A stretch of 36,147 bases of DNA from Bacteroidota bacterium. GTDB taxonomy: Bacteria > Bacteroidota > Bacteroidia > Flavobacteriales > Flavobacteriaceae. Position numbers and translations under genes: made by a program. The stretch lies in NCBI GenBank assembly GCA_043779445.1, contig JAYWEG010000087.1, positions 1-36,147 on the forward strand, given 5' to 3'. Numbering within the stretch: position 1 is the stretch's first letter; each line of letters begins with the position of its first letter. Positions 35,941 through 36,147 of this stretch are shown piece by piece. Under the pieces are notes generated by a model that was not told the origin of the DNA, did no database searches, and saw only the letters and a program-made list of their open reading frames with translations.

Positions 35941-36147
35941 ATGAACCCTAAAGACATAAATACTATTTTAAAAGAATTTGAATCTATGGACAACATTTCT
36001 CCTTCTGAAAATTGGGATTTGGTATTCGATGAAAAATTAAATAATGCAAGAAAATCAAAATCAAATAAAATTTCAAAAATTAATATTGCAATTTTGGTTT
36101 TATTCTTTATAAATGTTGGATTTATATGGAATTCAATACGGACTGAA
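35941..36147 (+). CDS. Small single-TM protein, probable anti-sigma factor, runs off the right edge
   Basis: Not in the ORF track. Open frame MNPKDINTILKEFESMDNISPSENWDLVFDEKL...INIAILVLFFINVGFIW directly after the ECF gene. Confidence 0.7.
   Translation, partial: MNPKDINTILKEFESMDNISPSENWDLVFDEKLNNARKSKSNKISKINIAILVLFFINVGFIWNSIRTE

Overview
AT-rich chromosomal window from a Flavobacterium-like member of the Bacteroidota, judged from gene content, TAnnTTTG -7 promoters and the lack of Shine-Dalgarno motifs. It is mostly housekeeping. Left to right: dprA, an SCO protein, M13 and M28 peptidases, a short ssb, an AraC regulator divergent from hemA-hemC-hemD-hemE-hemF-hemB plus a cytochrome c, ogt, a 3'-5' exonuclease, an spmAB fusion, a SAM-riboswitch-controlled split metH with metF, mreBCD-mrdA-rodA, a class II HMG-CoA reductase and an ECF sigma with a probable anti-sigma. 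No CRISPR array, tRNA, rRNA or transposase was seen. The unusual signals are: (i) many different small palindromic or tandem repeat elements at gene junctions, some inserted in frame in hemF and metH, one inside the riboswitch and one nested inside another structured repeat; (ii) accessory genes inserted in the hem operon, including a polyvalent-type kinase with an altered catalytic Asn and a lipoprotein gene sharing its first 13 bp with hemF; (iii) a candidate Fur -> CP-motif AraC -> hemA regulatory cascade; (iv) an orphan TssD/Hcp-like protein with a signal peptide; (v) phased 10-bp direct repeats upstream of a tail-less ssb; (vi) a duplicated ECF promoter motif. All family assignments come from recalled motifs, not database searches.
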